From an uncultured Bacteroidota bacterium (GTDB lineage: Bacteria > Bacteroidota > Bacteroidia > AKYH767-A > 2013-40CM-41-45), in assembly GCA_937871435.1 (NCBI GenBank), contig CALMQM010000123.1, forward strand, positions 2,607-66,606: a stretch of DNA of 64,000 nt, written 5' to 3'. Both the position numbers and the translations under genes were made by a program. Below, one piece after another: positions 11,601-19,827 of this stretch. A model generated the notes under the pieces. That model was not told where the DNA came from, ran no database searches, and saw only the letters and a program-made list of their open reading frames with translations. Positions within the stretch are counted from its first letter, which is position 1. Each line of letters begins with the position of its first letter.

Positions 11601-11849
11601 TCCAGCTGCGAGTGGGGCGCTGAAATATCCATTTGTATTAAGACTGGAATTCGAAACAGTAATTGACGATGCACCGGCATTTGCATCAGCAGCGAGAGTG
11701 GTGTATTCATTTACACTCACACTACCATTGATTGATTTTGCGCCATTCTTACCTGCCTGAGCAGAACTCTGGGTAGGGGTAAAAAAACAGCTTAAAAAGC
11801 AAAAAATTATCATGCTCACCCAACAGGGGGTAAGGGTTCTCATGCGCAT
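5607..11849 (-). CDS. Giant secreted T9SS cargo protein, 2080 aa: signal peptide, Gly-rich region, at least 14 tandem PKD domains, C-terminal Por secretion tail
   Basis: N-terminal signal MRMRTLTPCWVSMIIFCFLSCFFTPTQSSAQA. Poly-Gly/Ala/Asn low-complexity block at about aa 195-500. The PKD signature WNFGDGS recurs 14 times, alternating between two subtypes. C-terminal ...YIFPNPAHDQVNLMIH...GVYWVSI... matches a TIGR04183-type Por_Secre_tail. Confidence 0.9.
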   Translation of the reverse strand: MRMRTLTPCWVSMIIFCFLSCFFTPTQSSAQAGKNGAKSINGSVSVNEYTTLAADANAGASSITVSNSSLNTNGYFSAPLAAGDLIFIIQIEGVNIGTADDTTYGAILNYNNCGNYEMAEVATVPNGTTITLSCALQKNYSTSGRTQVVRVPRYTTLTINGAGTLTCPGWNGSTGGVLVVETQGSVSINSGGKIDVSGKGFRGGALLENNAGWGVLNYRDLQSAYGGEKGESVAGYQADYDVLNGRYCKGAPANGGGGASAHNGGGGGGSNAGNIASWTGRGTPDISTGSWANAWNLEYSGFASTTSSGGGKGGYTFSSSDQNALSVGTTNGAWGGDARRDNGGRGARPLDYSTGRIFLGGGGGGGDQNDNYGGAGGAGGGIAYIMSQLDISGAGQVLANGVNGSSTVSTGTDGAGGGGAGGVIILNALGNISGISANANGGNGGSQSVGVFTIEAEGPGGGGGGGYIAISGGAITRTANGGTNGTTNSRGMTEFPPNGATKGGAGISNATLSNFKILPTSVMICGGGATTITLSPQGTIPPGTVFYWYNQAVGGTLLTTGTTYTTPSLSSNTTYYVATCPGFYRTAIDVMVDVVTTNFTNSSACEGSASTFTGSGFATAGAITGWSWNFGDGVGTSNQQSPSYTYSTAGTYTVTLTATDNNNCTSSVSHTVTVSAKPTISFSSNITSGCGTPLVNFINNTTNATSYSWNFGDGSPASSVTAPSHTYNSTGTYTVTLTATSSSGCTSTSTQSAMITVHPQPLSSFSSNNNICLGDTIFFSNLSAGNGGTLTSYSWNFGDASPVSSQTNPFHVYNAFGTYSVTLTANTIHCSDDTTISVTIAPAPTVNFSPSPTNGCGPLTVNFSNTTSGSPVYSWNFGDGSPSSSQTSPSHIYANSGTYSVTLIATQGSCADTLTRNALISVYPKPLSSFSSVSTICLGDTVFFSNNSSGNGGTITGYSWNFGDGSPSSVLSQPYHVYTSAGNYSVTLTTSTANCTDDSTRSISVNPAPVVNFSASSTNGCAPMSVSFINTTAGSPSYNWNFGDGSPTSSSTSPAHSYATAGIYTITLIATQGSCADTLTRTNYITANPTPTASFSSNNNVCLGDTIFFTNSSSGNGGVLSSYSWNFGDGSLTSSQTNPNHLFSAAGSYSVVLTASTSACSDDTTIQISVAPAPVVSFSASTTSGCNPLTVNFTNTTTGSPVYTWNFGDGSPASSLNAPSHTFNTAGVYTVTLIATQGSCSDTLVTPSMITVSAKPTASYSAPSSVCLGDTVHFVNLSTGNGSAISGYAWNFGDGSPSSSSTQPAHAFTSAGNYSVTLTTIAGVCSDDTTITISVNPAPQVSFSSSSTLACGPQTISFTNTTTGSPVYSWDFGDGTASSSATNPSHAYTNTGTFSVTLIATQGSCADTLTQTNLITIVPQPTAAFTTSNVCLGDSVHFVNTSTGNGGTIVSYSWSFGDGSPSSTSSNAVHYYSTAGSYTVSMTAFTATCSDFTTQTVTVSPAPQVQFTSSVSSGCSPVDVSFTNTTSGSPVYTWNFGDGSSTSSLTTPTHTYTSAGVYSVSLIATQGSCADTLSIPNMITVSASPIADFTASTPCFGDTLYFTNQSLPNGAVINGYSWNFGDGSPLSSSQDIAHYYSSAGAYNVTLITSGAGACSDTMTQTVNVLPRPVVNFSTAITEGCDSLTVSFTNTTTGASSYHWSFGDGDTSASISPSHQFTNAGMYTVGLTAVAAGGCSATRAYVNMIVVRNSPIVQFAASDNSICPGDCIAFTDQTSGTLTTWQWTFTGANPSSASVANPGSVCYPVMGTFDVGLTVSDGHCSGSRSTSGLIHVVNCSQLPQANFISSDTNLCGGSCISFVSMALNAVSWQWLFPGATPASSTDESPSGVCYSQPGNYSITQIVTNTAGTDTLQLTNFIQVNSNPQTPVFSQSGDTLTCSPALSYQWYLNGIPISGATNQQFVATLSGNYSVEITDGKGCTSISATRFVALVGIDETPEQALFYIFPNPAHDQVNLMIHSGKLQTVRIALTDALGQVLVKEEIKLTTQDQLYTLDCNNFASGVYWVSISNSGAIANRKIILQK
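6180..10000 (-). repeat. Tandem array of roughly 270-nt PKD-domain coding repeats, two alternating subtypes
   Basis: Protein-level periodicity (…SWNFGDGSP…TVTLTA…) and recurrent DNA motifs such as ccatcaccaaaattcca. The small ORFs on both strands in this interval are repeat artefacts. Confidence 0.7.
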
Positions 11850-11960
11850 CCTGAATTATTTCTATTTGCTAAAGTAACAAAACTTTGTAAGCTGTTGTCC
11901 ATCAATGGGATGAAATCTTGCGTTTTTATGACGAAAGGGAGCTTATTGATTGTGAATGGC

Positions 11961-13112
11961 TCACTCCCACCTGAAAAATCGTACTGCAGCAACGTATATG
12001 ATTACACCCCAAAGCACGATAACCAGGATCTGGTTTGAAATATCCATCAAACCGGCACCTTCAAAGGCAACCTTTCGAAGAGCGTCATTCAGGTATGTTA
12101 ACGGTAATCCTTTGCAAATGGTTTGTAGCCATGGAGGAAAGGCATCAATAGGAAAGAAGGTTCCGCTTAAGAGAAACTGGGGCAAAGTCACTACGTTGGC
12201 AAGAGGCGGGATCACGCTTTCATTTTTCGCCAAACCAGAAACAACAAATCCAAATCCCATGAAAACAATTAAACCCAATGCCGAAAGCAACAACATCTCA
12301 GCAACAGTCCAGATGCCATTTATCAATGTGAAACCAAATACAAATTTGCCAATAAGAATAATGATGAGGGAACCTGCCATTTGAAAAATTAAACGACTCA
12401 AGGCTTCGCCCAGAACAATGAATGTTTTGCTGATCGGTGTCGCAAAAAATCTCTTCAACACTAATGTTTGACGCAAGGAGAAAAAAACGAATGCCGTTCC
12501 AAATACTCCCGCGCTCAGGATAGCAAAGCCAAGCTGACCGGGTAAGATGAAATCAATCATCTTGTATTCTCTTCCTTCTATTTCCGAAACATTGAGCTGT
12601 GACAGTTCTCTTGCCCACACTCCACTGCCCGGTTGATTGTGTTCCTGCCGTTCACTGATTGACTTCAGCTTTTCAATATTTTGTTTGTCGATGATATTGG
12701 TAAGCGTAGACTCAACAAATCGTCCTTTTTCACGGGATGCTTTGGAAACAAAAAGTTGAATGGTGTTTCCTGATGATGCAGCAGAGGTGGGCTGAATTTT
12801 TAAAATCGCATCCACACGACCTTTGATCAATTGTTGTTTTAATTCTTCACTGCTTTTGTCTGTATTTAAAATAATCGCCGGTGACTGACGGAGCACCTGA
12901 TAGATGGCGGAGGTTGTATCGCATCCGGGCTCAACTCCCACTTCCAGGCGGATTCTGTTCCCGCTGATGAAACCAAAAACAACAATGAAAACCAAGGGGA
13001 ATGCCAGAGTAAAAATTACAGCAGACGGGCTGCGCGTAATTGAACGCAAGCTCGCCCTGGTAATGGCAAACATCGCTTTCCACTGACTATAATTTTTTCC
13101 TTTAGAATTCAT
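11961..13112 (-). CDS. ABC-2 type exporter permease
   Basis: Polytopic membrane protein immediately downstream of an ABC ATPase. Start moved to the internal Met (MNSKGKNY…) to remove a 50-nt overlap with the ATPase stop at 13120. The ORF track gives 13169. Confidence 0.75.
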   Translation of the reverse strand: MNSKGKNYSQWKAMFAITRASLRSITRSPSAVIFTLAFPLVFIVVFGFISGNRIRLEVGVEPGCDTTSAIYQVLRQSPAIILNTDKSSEELKQQLIKGRVDAILKIQPTSAASSGNTIQLFVSKASREKGRFVESTLTNIIDKQNIEKLKSISERQEHNQPGSGVWARELSQLNVSEIEGREYKMIDFILPGQLGFAILSAGVFGTAFVFFSLRQTLVLKRFFATPISKTFIVLGEALSRLIFQMAGSLIIILIGKFVFGFTLINGIWTVAEMLLLSALGLIVFMGFGFVVSGLAKNESVIPPLANVVTLPQFLLSGTFFPIDAFPPWLQTICKGLPLTYLNDALRKVAFEGAGLMDISNQILVIVLWGVIIYVAAVRFFRWE

Positions 13113-13119
13113 TTGGTTT

Positions 13120-13905
13120 CTATTCGTCTCTCCATTCTTTCCCGGTAAGAGATAAGAAGACGTCTTCAAGGTTGGCTCTTTTCACTTCTTTTTTTCTTTC
13201 AAATCCTGTTGCAACCAATTTGTCGATCAGATTTTCCGGTGTATCGAGGGCAATGATTTTACCTTTTTCTACAATGGCAACGCGGTCACACAAACTTTCT
13301 GCTTCGTCCATATAATGGGTCGTGATCACGATTGTCGTTCCGTTGTCCCGAATTTGTCGGATAAGGTCCCAAAGATTTCGTCGGGCTTGTGGATCAAGTC
13401 CGGTTGTAGGCTCGTCCAGAAAAACAACTCGTGGCCGATTGATCAATGTAGTACAAATTGAAAATCGTTGTTTTTGCCCACCGGAGAGTTCCTTGTACCT
13501 GGCTTTGTGACGATCTTCCAGTCCCACCAATCGGAGCATTTCCATCGGGTCTATCTCCACATTATACAATCCTGAAAAAAGCCGGAGTAGTTCTTTGAGA
13601 GTAAGACTTGGATAATATCCTGCTGACTGAAGCTGGACACCAATATGCTTTTTAATTTCACCTGAATCTTTCTCAACAGATAAACCATCTACCCATACTT
13701 CTCCTGACGTTTTATCTCTGAGAGTTTCTATGATTTCGAGTGTGGTTGTTTTGCCGGCACCATTGGGTCCAAGTAAACCAAAAATTTCTCCTTCTGAAAC
13801 AGAAAAACTAATGCCCTGAACAGCATGAAGTTCCCCATAATGTTTCACGAGGTTTTTTACTTCAATAATGTGATTGGGTTGTTGCAAGACAGGCGGATAG
13901 TACAA
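13120..13905 (-). CDS. ABC transporter ATP-binding protein
   Basis: Walker A GPNGAGKTT, ABC signature LSGGQKQR, Walker B VVFLDEPTTGLD, H-loop ITTHYMDE. Confidence 0.9.
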   Translation of the reverse strand: MYYPPVLQQPNHIIEVKNLVKHYGELHAVQGISFSVSEGEIFGLLGPNGAGKTTTLEIIETLRDKTSGEVWVDGLSVEKDSGEIKKHIGVQLQSAGYYPSLTLKELLRLFSGLYNVEIDPMEMLRLVGLEDRHKARYKELSGGQKQRFSICTTLINRPRVVFLDEPTTGLDPQARRNLWDLIRQIRDNGTTIVITTHYMDEAESLCDRVAIVEKGKIIALDTPENLIDKLVATGFERKKEVKRANLEDVFLSLTGKEWRDE

Positions 13906-14030
13906 TGGATAATAATGACACGAAGATCATTCGATTCCCATCTTAGAGAATGAAGGGTGGATGAACTGTGCCGGTGAATTTTCCGGTATGCAAAGAAAGC
14001 TAAACTGCTCTTGTCCTGGCCAAACAGGAA

Positions 14031-15167
14031 TTAAAATAAATTCAGTCGGCTCATTAAATTATCCTTGTATGATTTGCCAATGGGGATTCTGTTTCCGTCG
14101 ATGATGCAGGCATTTTCTTCCAAGGCATTGATCTTTTCCAGCTGAACAATATAGGATCTGTGAACGCGGGCAAAATTCAACTGAGGAAGTTTCACTTCAA
14201 TATCTTTCATTGAACTGTGTAAAATGAATTGTTCTTTGGAAGATGTTTTAATGATCACATAATTGTCGAGTGCCTCGATCCATAATATGTCCTGAAAATT
14301 CACTTTCACGAATCGCGAATCTTTTTTTACAAAGAAGCTGTTGTTCGCGTAAATGTTTTCCAGGAAATTGAAAAGGTTTTTATCGGTATTTGACTCTTGT
14401 ACCGCGTCCTTTCTACCTGGGGAAGTCATGACAAAAGCGCAGCCATTGATTTTATTGTTTACTGAGAGAATCGGAAATGTGTTTACTGCTACTTTGTGTT
14501 CTGCTGCTCCGTTTGAAACCGGAACTTCAGCATCGCTGTCTTGTTTCTGCGCTTCGCCAACCACAGTATGTGCCAGTGTTTTGAATACACTCTTCGTTTC
14601 TGAGCCCGAGTTTTTCATGGCGATGGCGATATCCTTACCCAATGCTTCTTGCTTGAGACAACCGGTGAGTGTTTCGGCCATCTTATTCATAAAAATTACT
14701 TTCTCATTTGAGTCCGTAATTATTACAGCAACTTCCAGGTTGTCTAATGCAGCAGCAAAGCGATTGCCTTTGTTCTGCATTTCCAGATCCTTGGTGTATT
14801 TATAATATGCAATTTCTATCGCGGTGCGAATATCGTCCTCTTCGAACGGTTTGATGATGTAGCCGTAAGGTTCTGTGAGCTTCGCTCTGTCCAGAGTGTT
14901 TTTATCAGAAAAAGCTGTAAGGTAAATGAAGGGGATCTGGTAGTGCTGGTGAATCTGTTCACCGACCTGGATTCCGTCAAGTTCGCTACTCTTGAGATTG
15001 ATGTCAAGCAGGATTAAATCCGGATTAAGTTTTTCAACTGAGTCAAGCGCTTTTTTACCATTTGCAAAAGGATCAAATGCTTCGTATCCAAGCTTCTTTA
15101 AAATTCGTTGAATATCTTTCGCAACGATAATCTCGTCCTCGACGATCATAATCTTCAGTGCGGCCAT
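14031..15167 (-). CDS. Response regulator with REC, PAS-like and LytTR DNA-binding domains
   Basis: REC (MIVEDE…LLDINL…IKP), a central PAS-like stretch (VAVIITDSNEKVIFMNKMAETLTG), and a C-terminal LytTR (…IIKTSSKEQFILHSSMKDIEVKL…FARVHRSYIVQLEKI…). Confidence 0.8.
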   Translation of the reverse strand: MAALKIMIVEDEIIVAKDIQRILKKLGYEAFDPFANGKKALDSVEKLNPDLILLDINLKSSELDGIQVGEQIHQHYQIPFIYLTAFSDKNTLDRAKLTEPYGYIIKPFEEDDIRTAIEIAYYKYTKDLEMQNKGNRFAAALDNLEVAVIITDSNEKVIFMNKMAETLTGCLKQEALGKDIAIAMKNSGSETKSVFKTLAHTVVGEAQKQDSDAEVPVSNGAAEHKVAVNTFPILSVNNKINGCAFVMTSPGRKDAVQESNTDKNLFNFLENIYANNSFFVKKDSRFVKVNFQDILWIEALDNYVIIKTSSKEQFILHSSMKDIEVKLPQLNFARVHRSYIVQLEKINALEENACIIDGNRIPIGKSYKDNLMSRLNLF

Positions 15168-15252
15168 AATTTGGGTTTAATTAAACTTTGTACAAGAAAA
15201 ACGCGCATTTTGTTTCCCTTTTTAACTGAAGAATTTGGAAAAGAAATGATTT

Positions 15253-16458
15253 TCAGCCTTTAGGATAAACAAATGAAACCGTAAAAGCTGTTCCGGGGTT
15301 CCCTGAAACTTCCAGCTCACCATCAATCTGGCTGGTGAGGGCTTGAATTAACTGCATTCCGAGCGACTCTGTTTGTTCAATTGAAAATCCTTCCGGCAGG
15401 CCGATTCCATTATCAGAAATTTTCATGATTACTTTGTTGTCGGCGCGGTACAATTTTATTTTTATTTCTCCTTCAGCGGTACCGGGAAATGCATATTTAT
15501 ATGCATTGGAAACAATTTCGTTGACCAACAAACCACATGGCATAGCAGTGTCCATATCCAAAGACACATGATCAGATTCCACAATCACTTTAATTCTGTC
15601 TGTTTTGTCGCCGTATGACTGATACAAAAACTGTGTAAGCTTTTCTACATATTCTCCGAAATCAATTTCACTCAATTCTTCGGCCTGATAGAATTTCTCA
15701 TGTACGAGAGCCATTGACCTTACGCGGTTCTGTCCATCCTTCACTGCTTTTAACGTGAGCTCGTCTTTTATGTATCCCGACTGAAGATTGAGCAAACTGA
15801 TAATTATTTGCAAATTGTTTTTTACACGATGGTGAATTTCTTTGAGCAACACTTCTTTCTCTTTCAGAGATTGTTCTATCTGCTGTTGCATTTTTTTTCC
15901 GGAAGTGATATTGGTATCGACCATTACCAGTTTTTTCAATTTACCGGCTTCATCATAAATCGGTGTGAGTGTAGAAGAGATCCAGATGTTTTCGAGATGG
16001 TGAGTAGTAACATTGGATTCAAATAATCGTGAATGTTTCTCAACAATAGCTTGCTCGATTTCCGTTTGCACTTTGTTGTATACCTGAATCTCGTCTATTT
16101 TCTTGCCTAATACTTTTTCTTTGGGCATACCGGTGAGGCGGATAAATCCATCGTTCACCCATTCAATCTCTGCGTCTGGTGAGGCGATCAAAACAGCATT
16201 GTCTGTTCTGCTGGCAACAAGCGAAAGTTTTTCAAGCTCTTTATTCTTTTCTACCAGTTGTCTGGTTTTAACCTCAACTCTTTCTTCGAGGAGTTTTCTG
16301 ACTCTACGAAATGTGCTGGTGCGTAGCCGAAAAAAAACATAAATCGTTCCGATAAACATCAAAAAACTGATGGTGATAAGAGCGAGGTCCCGCCAAAAAG
16401 GGGCGGGAGTATTCAATAGAACCAAATAATTCAGCAGTACAATGGAAAGCATAGACAT
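15253..16458 (-). CDS. Sensor histidine kinase: TM, PAS, HisKA_2 and HATPase
   Basis: N-terminal TMs and a PAS-like region. H-box HHRVKNNLQIIISLL (HisKA_2 type) and HATPase G-boxes (GNPGTAFTV). Immediately upstream of the LytTR regulator. Confidence 0.85.
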   Translation of the reverse strand: MSMLSIVLLNYLVLLNTPAPFWRDLALITISFLMFIGTIYVFFRLRTSTFRRVRKLLEERVEVKTRQLVEKNKELEKLSLVASRTDNAVLIASPDAEIEWVNDGFIRLTGMPKEKVLGKKIDEIQVYNKVQTEIEQAIVEKHSRLFESNVTTHHLENIWISSTLTPIYDEAGKLKKLVMVDTNITSGKKMQQQIEQSLKEKEVLLKEIHHRVKNNLQIIISLLNLQSGYIKDELTLKAVKDGQNRVRSMALVHEKFYQAEELSEIDFGEYVEKLTQFLYQSYGDKTDRIKVIVESDHVSLDMDTAMPCGLLVNEIVSNAYKYAFPGTAEGEIKIKLYRADNKVIMKISDNGIGLPEGFSIEQTESLGMQLIQALTSQIDGELEVSGNPGTAFTVSFVYPKG

Positions 16459-16560
16459 CTGAGAGCAACAGGAGTTGCCGGTTCTTTGTACTCAGACTAA
16501 AATAAAATGTTCACCAATTCCCTGAATCAAATGAGAATTAATGGAAACGAAATGATTGGA

Positions 16561-18009
16561 CTAGAATTTCGCCCGAGATTTTCCGTATCCAAAATAAATG
16601 ATAAAGCCAAGAGCCATCCAGGCCAGCAGTCGGAGCCAGGTGTCTAATGGCAGAGATGCCATCATCAGGAAGCAAGAAATCACTCCAAGGATCGGAACAT
16701 ACGGCACCCAGGGTGTTTTGAAGGTGCGAGGGGCATCCGGTTGGGTTTTACGCATCACAAGCACACCGATACACACCAATACAAAAGCGAAAAGAGTTCC
16801 AATGCTGGTCATTTCGCCCACGACACGCGCAGGTACGAATGCCGCAAAAAGGCTAACGAACAAACAAAATAGCAAATTTGATTTCCATGGTGTCTTGAAC
16901 TTTTTGTGTACTGCCGAAAACACCGGGGGAAGGAAACCGTCTTTTGACATAGAAAAAAAGACACGGGATTGTCCGAGTAACATCACCATGATTACAGAAG
17001 AATAACCAGCGAGAATCGCGAGAATGATTGCTTGTTGCAACCACACATAAGGGGTATGGGCAATGGCGACAGCAACCGGGGCGATTCCATCCTGACCCTG
17101 AAACTCTTTATAATTTGCAAGGCCTGTCATTACATGGGCAAACAGAATATAAAGAACGGTGCAGATAGCAAGGGAAACAAGAATACCAATTGGCATGTCA
17201 CGCTTGGGGTTCTTCGCTTCCTGTGCTGCTGTTGAAACGGCATCAAACCCTATATACGCGAAGAAAATAATCCCTGCAGCTCTGACCACTCCGCTCCAGC
17301 CAAAATCACCAAAGTGGCCGGTATTTTCAGGCAGATATGGAACATAGTTTTGCGGGTTAATGTATGACCAACCCAAAGCGATGAACACGATTACAACAAG
17401 TACCTTGAGAGCAACAATGATAGAATTTACGGTAGATGATTCCTGTGTGCCCCGTACGAGGATAAGCGACATTAGTATCACGATGAACACAGCCGGCAGA
17501 TTGACCATTCCTGTTACTATTGTTCCATCAAGCAGAGTAACTGAGTCCCAGGGTGACATCGTGAGTTGAGCGGGCAAATGGATATTAAAGTGTTCGAGAA
17601 ATTTTATGAGGTATCGTGACCAACTGATAGAAACAGTAGCTGCACCAACTGCATATTCCAGCACCAGGTCCCATCCGATAATCCAAGCCATGAACTGTCC
17701 CATAGTGGCATAGGAGTAAGTATACGCGCTGCCGGCTACAGGAATCATGGAGGCAAACTCCGCGTAGCACAATCCTGCAAATGCACAAGCAACGGCGGCA
17801 ATGACAAAAGAAATTGTTACGGCCGGTCCGGCATTGTGTGCTGCCGCTCCACCGGTGATGCTAAACAAACCCGCTCCGATGATCGCGCCAATTCCCAGCA
17901 TTACGAGTGATCGTGCGCCGAGAGTTCTTTTGAGTGTGTGATCACCGGTTTCATCAGCTTCGCCGAACAATACTGCCAATGGTTTTCTTGAAAAATAATT
18001 CGTCGCCAT
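16561..18009 (-). CDS. APC-family amino acid permease
   Basis: 12-TM protein starting MATNYFSRKPLAVLFGEADETGDHTLKRTLGARSLVMLGIGAIIGAGLF. The track ORF start at 18087 reads through an upstream terminator hairpin, so the start is moved to the internal Met. Confidence 0.8.
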   Translation of the reverse strand: MATNYFSRKPLAVLFGEADETGDHTLKRTLGARSLVMLGIGAIIGAGLFSITGGAAAHNAGPAVTISFVIAAVACAFAGLCYAEFASMIPVAGSAYTYSYATMGQFMAWIIGWDLVLEYAVGAATVSISWSRYLIKFLEHFNIHLPAQLTMSPWDSVTLLDGTIVTGMVNLPAVFIVILMSLILVRGTQESSTVNSIIVALKVLVVIVFIALGWSYINPQNYVPYLPENTGHFGDFGWSGVVRAAGIIFFAYIGFDAVSTAAQEAKNPKRDMPIGILVSLAICTVLYILFAHVMTGLANYKEFQGQDGIAPVAVAIAHTPYVWLQQAIILAILAGYSSVIMVMLLGQSRVFFSMSKDGFLPPVFSAVHKKFKTPWKSNLLFCLFVSLFAAFVPARVVGEMTSIGTLFAFVLVCIGVLVMRKTQPDAPRTFKTPWVPYVPILGVISCFLMMASLPLDTWLRLLAWMALGFIIYFGYGKSRAKF

Positions 18010-18058
18010 AGAAGACTCTGTGTTTTTTAAGAGGATGTGATGCAATGTAAATAAAAAT

Positions 18059-18103
18059 GGTTCAAAACAAAAACACCCGGAAACCAATAGGTTTCCGGGT
18101 GTT
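18059..18103 (-). terminator. Rho-independent terminator downstream of the TPR gene
   Basis: Perfect 14-bp inverted repeat aacacccggaaacc / ggtttccgggtgtt with a 4-nt loop at 18072-18103, followed on the minus strand by TTTGTTTTG. Confidence 0.75.
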
Positions 18104-18126
18104 AAATTTATTTAATATCTGTAAGG

Positions 18127-19827
18127 TTAACGATTTCCTCCTTTACCCTGCAATTGATCAATTGCTTTTTGAATGCTCTTCTTCTCTTCCGGGTCCAGAG
18201 GAAGTTCGATTTTCTTTTTCAAATAGAGCAGCGCATTTTCATTATCCTTTTTCAAGATGTAATAGTATGCGAGATACCCATAGGCGTCTGCCAGTCCGCT
18301 TTGGTATTTGGATGGATTCGCGGAATCGGCAAGAGCAAGTTCGATGTATTTTTCAAAATATGGTTTAGCCAATCCTGCTTCAGAAGTACTATCTATATGC
18401 GTATTGGATTTCGCTCTCCACAACCAGCCACTGGCGTACTTCGGCGAAATTTCGTTTACTTTTGAAAATGCCGTATCGGCTAATCCAAATTGGGTATTAA
18501 AATAGTAGGAACGACCAAGGTTGAAGTAGTCTGCTACTTTTACATCTTTACCTGTAGCAATTTTTTCTTCCAGTACAGCTGCTGCTTCTGCGTACTTTTT
18601 CAATTTATAGTATGAATTGGAAATTTCACTTAGCAGATCTGTTCTGTTTGCATCCAGAGAATAGGCTTTTCTCAATTGAATAATGCCTGCTGAATCCTGG
18701 TTGCTGGCGATTAGAAGTTTTCCATAATATTCATAGTCAACTGTTGTTCTTTTGTCGTCAGGAAGGATTGTAAACAATTCATTTACTGTCTCGAGTCCTT
18801 TCGCGTATTCTTTTGTTTCATAATAACAGTACGAGAAAACACGTAGCATTGTAAGGTTTTTCGGATCGCATTTTTGTTGTGTTTGTGACAACTCATTTAT
18901 CGCTCCGGAATAATCTTTACTCAGGTAAAGGAAGGATGCATAACGAATTCTTGCGCCGCAATTGTTCTTGGATAGTTCAAGATACTTTCTGTAGTTCTCT
19001 TTTGCCTTTTCAAGTTTGCCCAGTTTAAAATTTGTTTCCCCCAGCTCACGATAGGCGGGAGCATAATCCGGGGCTATTCCAATCGCATTTTCAAATTCAG
19101 AAGCCGCTCCTTCATAATTTGTAGACCGTTTGTACAGTCTTCCTTTGCTCACAATAGCACGCGCAGATAATTTATTTAATTCAAGTGCTTTGTTGTAATA
19201 ATCTGCAGAAAGCGTTCCATTGTTTTGTTCTGCATAAATATCACCATACAATATCTGGATATCAATATTTTTGGGCTCAATAGAAACTGCTTTATCCAAA
19301 AGCGCTTTTGCTTTGTCTAAATTTTTATTCTTAAAATGTATCAACGCATCGGCAATTTCAATGTAGATGGTCGCGCTTTTCTGAGGAGCCGCTGCTTCTG
19401 CTTCGTTGAGTAGCGCGTTGGCTTTGTTGATATTGTTTTGTGCTTCTTCGCTACGCGTTTTTAATTCGGTATTAGCAGGCTCTCTGCCGCTTGCCGCTTT
19501 AGCTTCAGCAAGGCTGACAGAATTCAACAACACTTTTGCTTCTCCTATTTTCAATAACTGACTGGCGGGATCTTGTTGTCTTCCTTTACTGAAAATGATT
19601 GACGCGGAATCCGGATTATCGCTCAGCAAAAGATTTTCACCAAAATAATAATAGTTGGTTCCGTTCATGGGGTCTTTTGAAATCAGCATTTTGTACACTT
19701 CCGTTGCTGCTTCGTACTGTTCATTTTCCGTTAATTTTCTTGCTTCGTCCAGAGTTTGTGCTGAGAGAGCAATTGCAGTTCCAACTAAGAAATAAAACAG
19801 AAAGATTGTTTTTTTCATTTTCTTCAC
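18127..19827 (-). CDS. Tetratricopeptide-repeat protein with signal peptide
   Basis: 566 aa with an N-terminal signal and repeated TPR-like A/Y/L patterns. Last gene of the exbB-exbD-tonB locus, as in many Bacteroidota. Confidence 0.75.
   Translation of the reverse strand: MKKMKKTIFLFYFLVGTAIALSAQTLDEARKLTENEQYEAATEVYKMLISKDPMNGTNYYYFGENLLLSDNPDSASIIFSKGRQQDPASQLLKIGEAKVLLNSVSLAEAKAASGREPANTELKTRSEEAQNNINKANALLNEAEAAAPQKSATIYIEIADALIHFKNKNLDKAKALLDKAVSIEPKNIDIQILYGDIYAEQNNGTLSADYYNKALELNKLSARAIVSKGRLYKRSTNYEGAASEFENAIGIAPDYAPAYRELGETNFKLGKLEKAKENYRKYLELSKNNCGARIRYASFLYLSKDYSGAINELSQTQQKCDPKNLTMLRVFSYCYYETKEYAKGLETVNELFTILPDDKRTTVDYEYYGKLLIASNQDSAGIIQLRKAYSLDANRTDLLSEISNSYYKLKKYAEAAAVLEEKIATGKDVKVADYFNLGRSYYFNTQFGLADTAFSKVNEISPKYASGWLWRAKSNTHIDSTSEAGLAKPYFEKYIELALADSANPSKYQSGLADAYGYLAYYYILKKDNENALLYLKKKIELPLDPEEKKSIQKAIDQLQGKGGNR

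Noticed and set aside
6883-11760. Many 60-100 aa ORFs on both strands inside the PKD gene
   Set aside because: Artefacts of the repetitive, codon-biased giant gene. They overlap its frame.
14353-14805. 150-aa plus-strand ORF
   Set aside because: Antisense to the LytTR response regulator gene.
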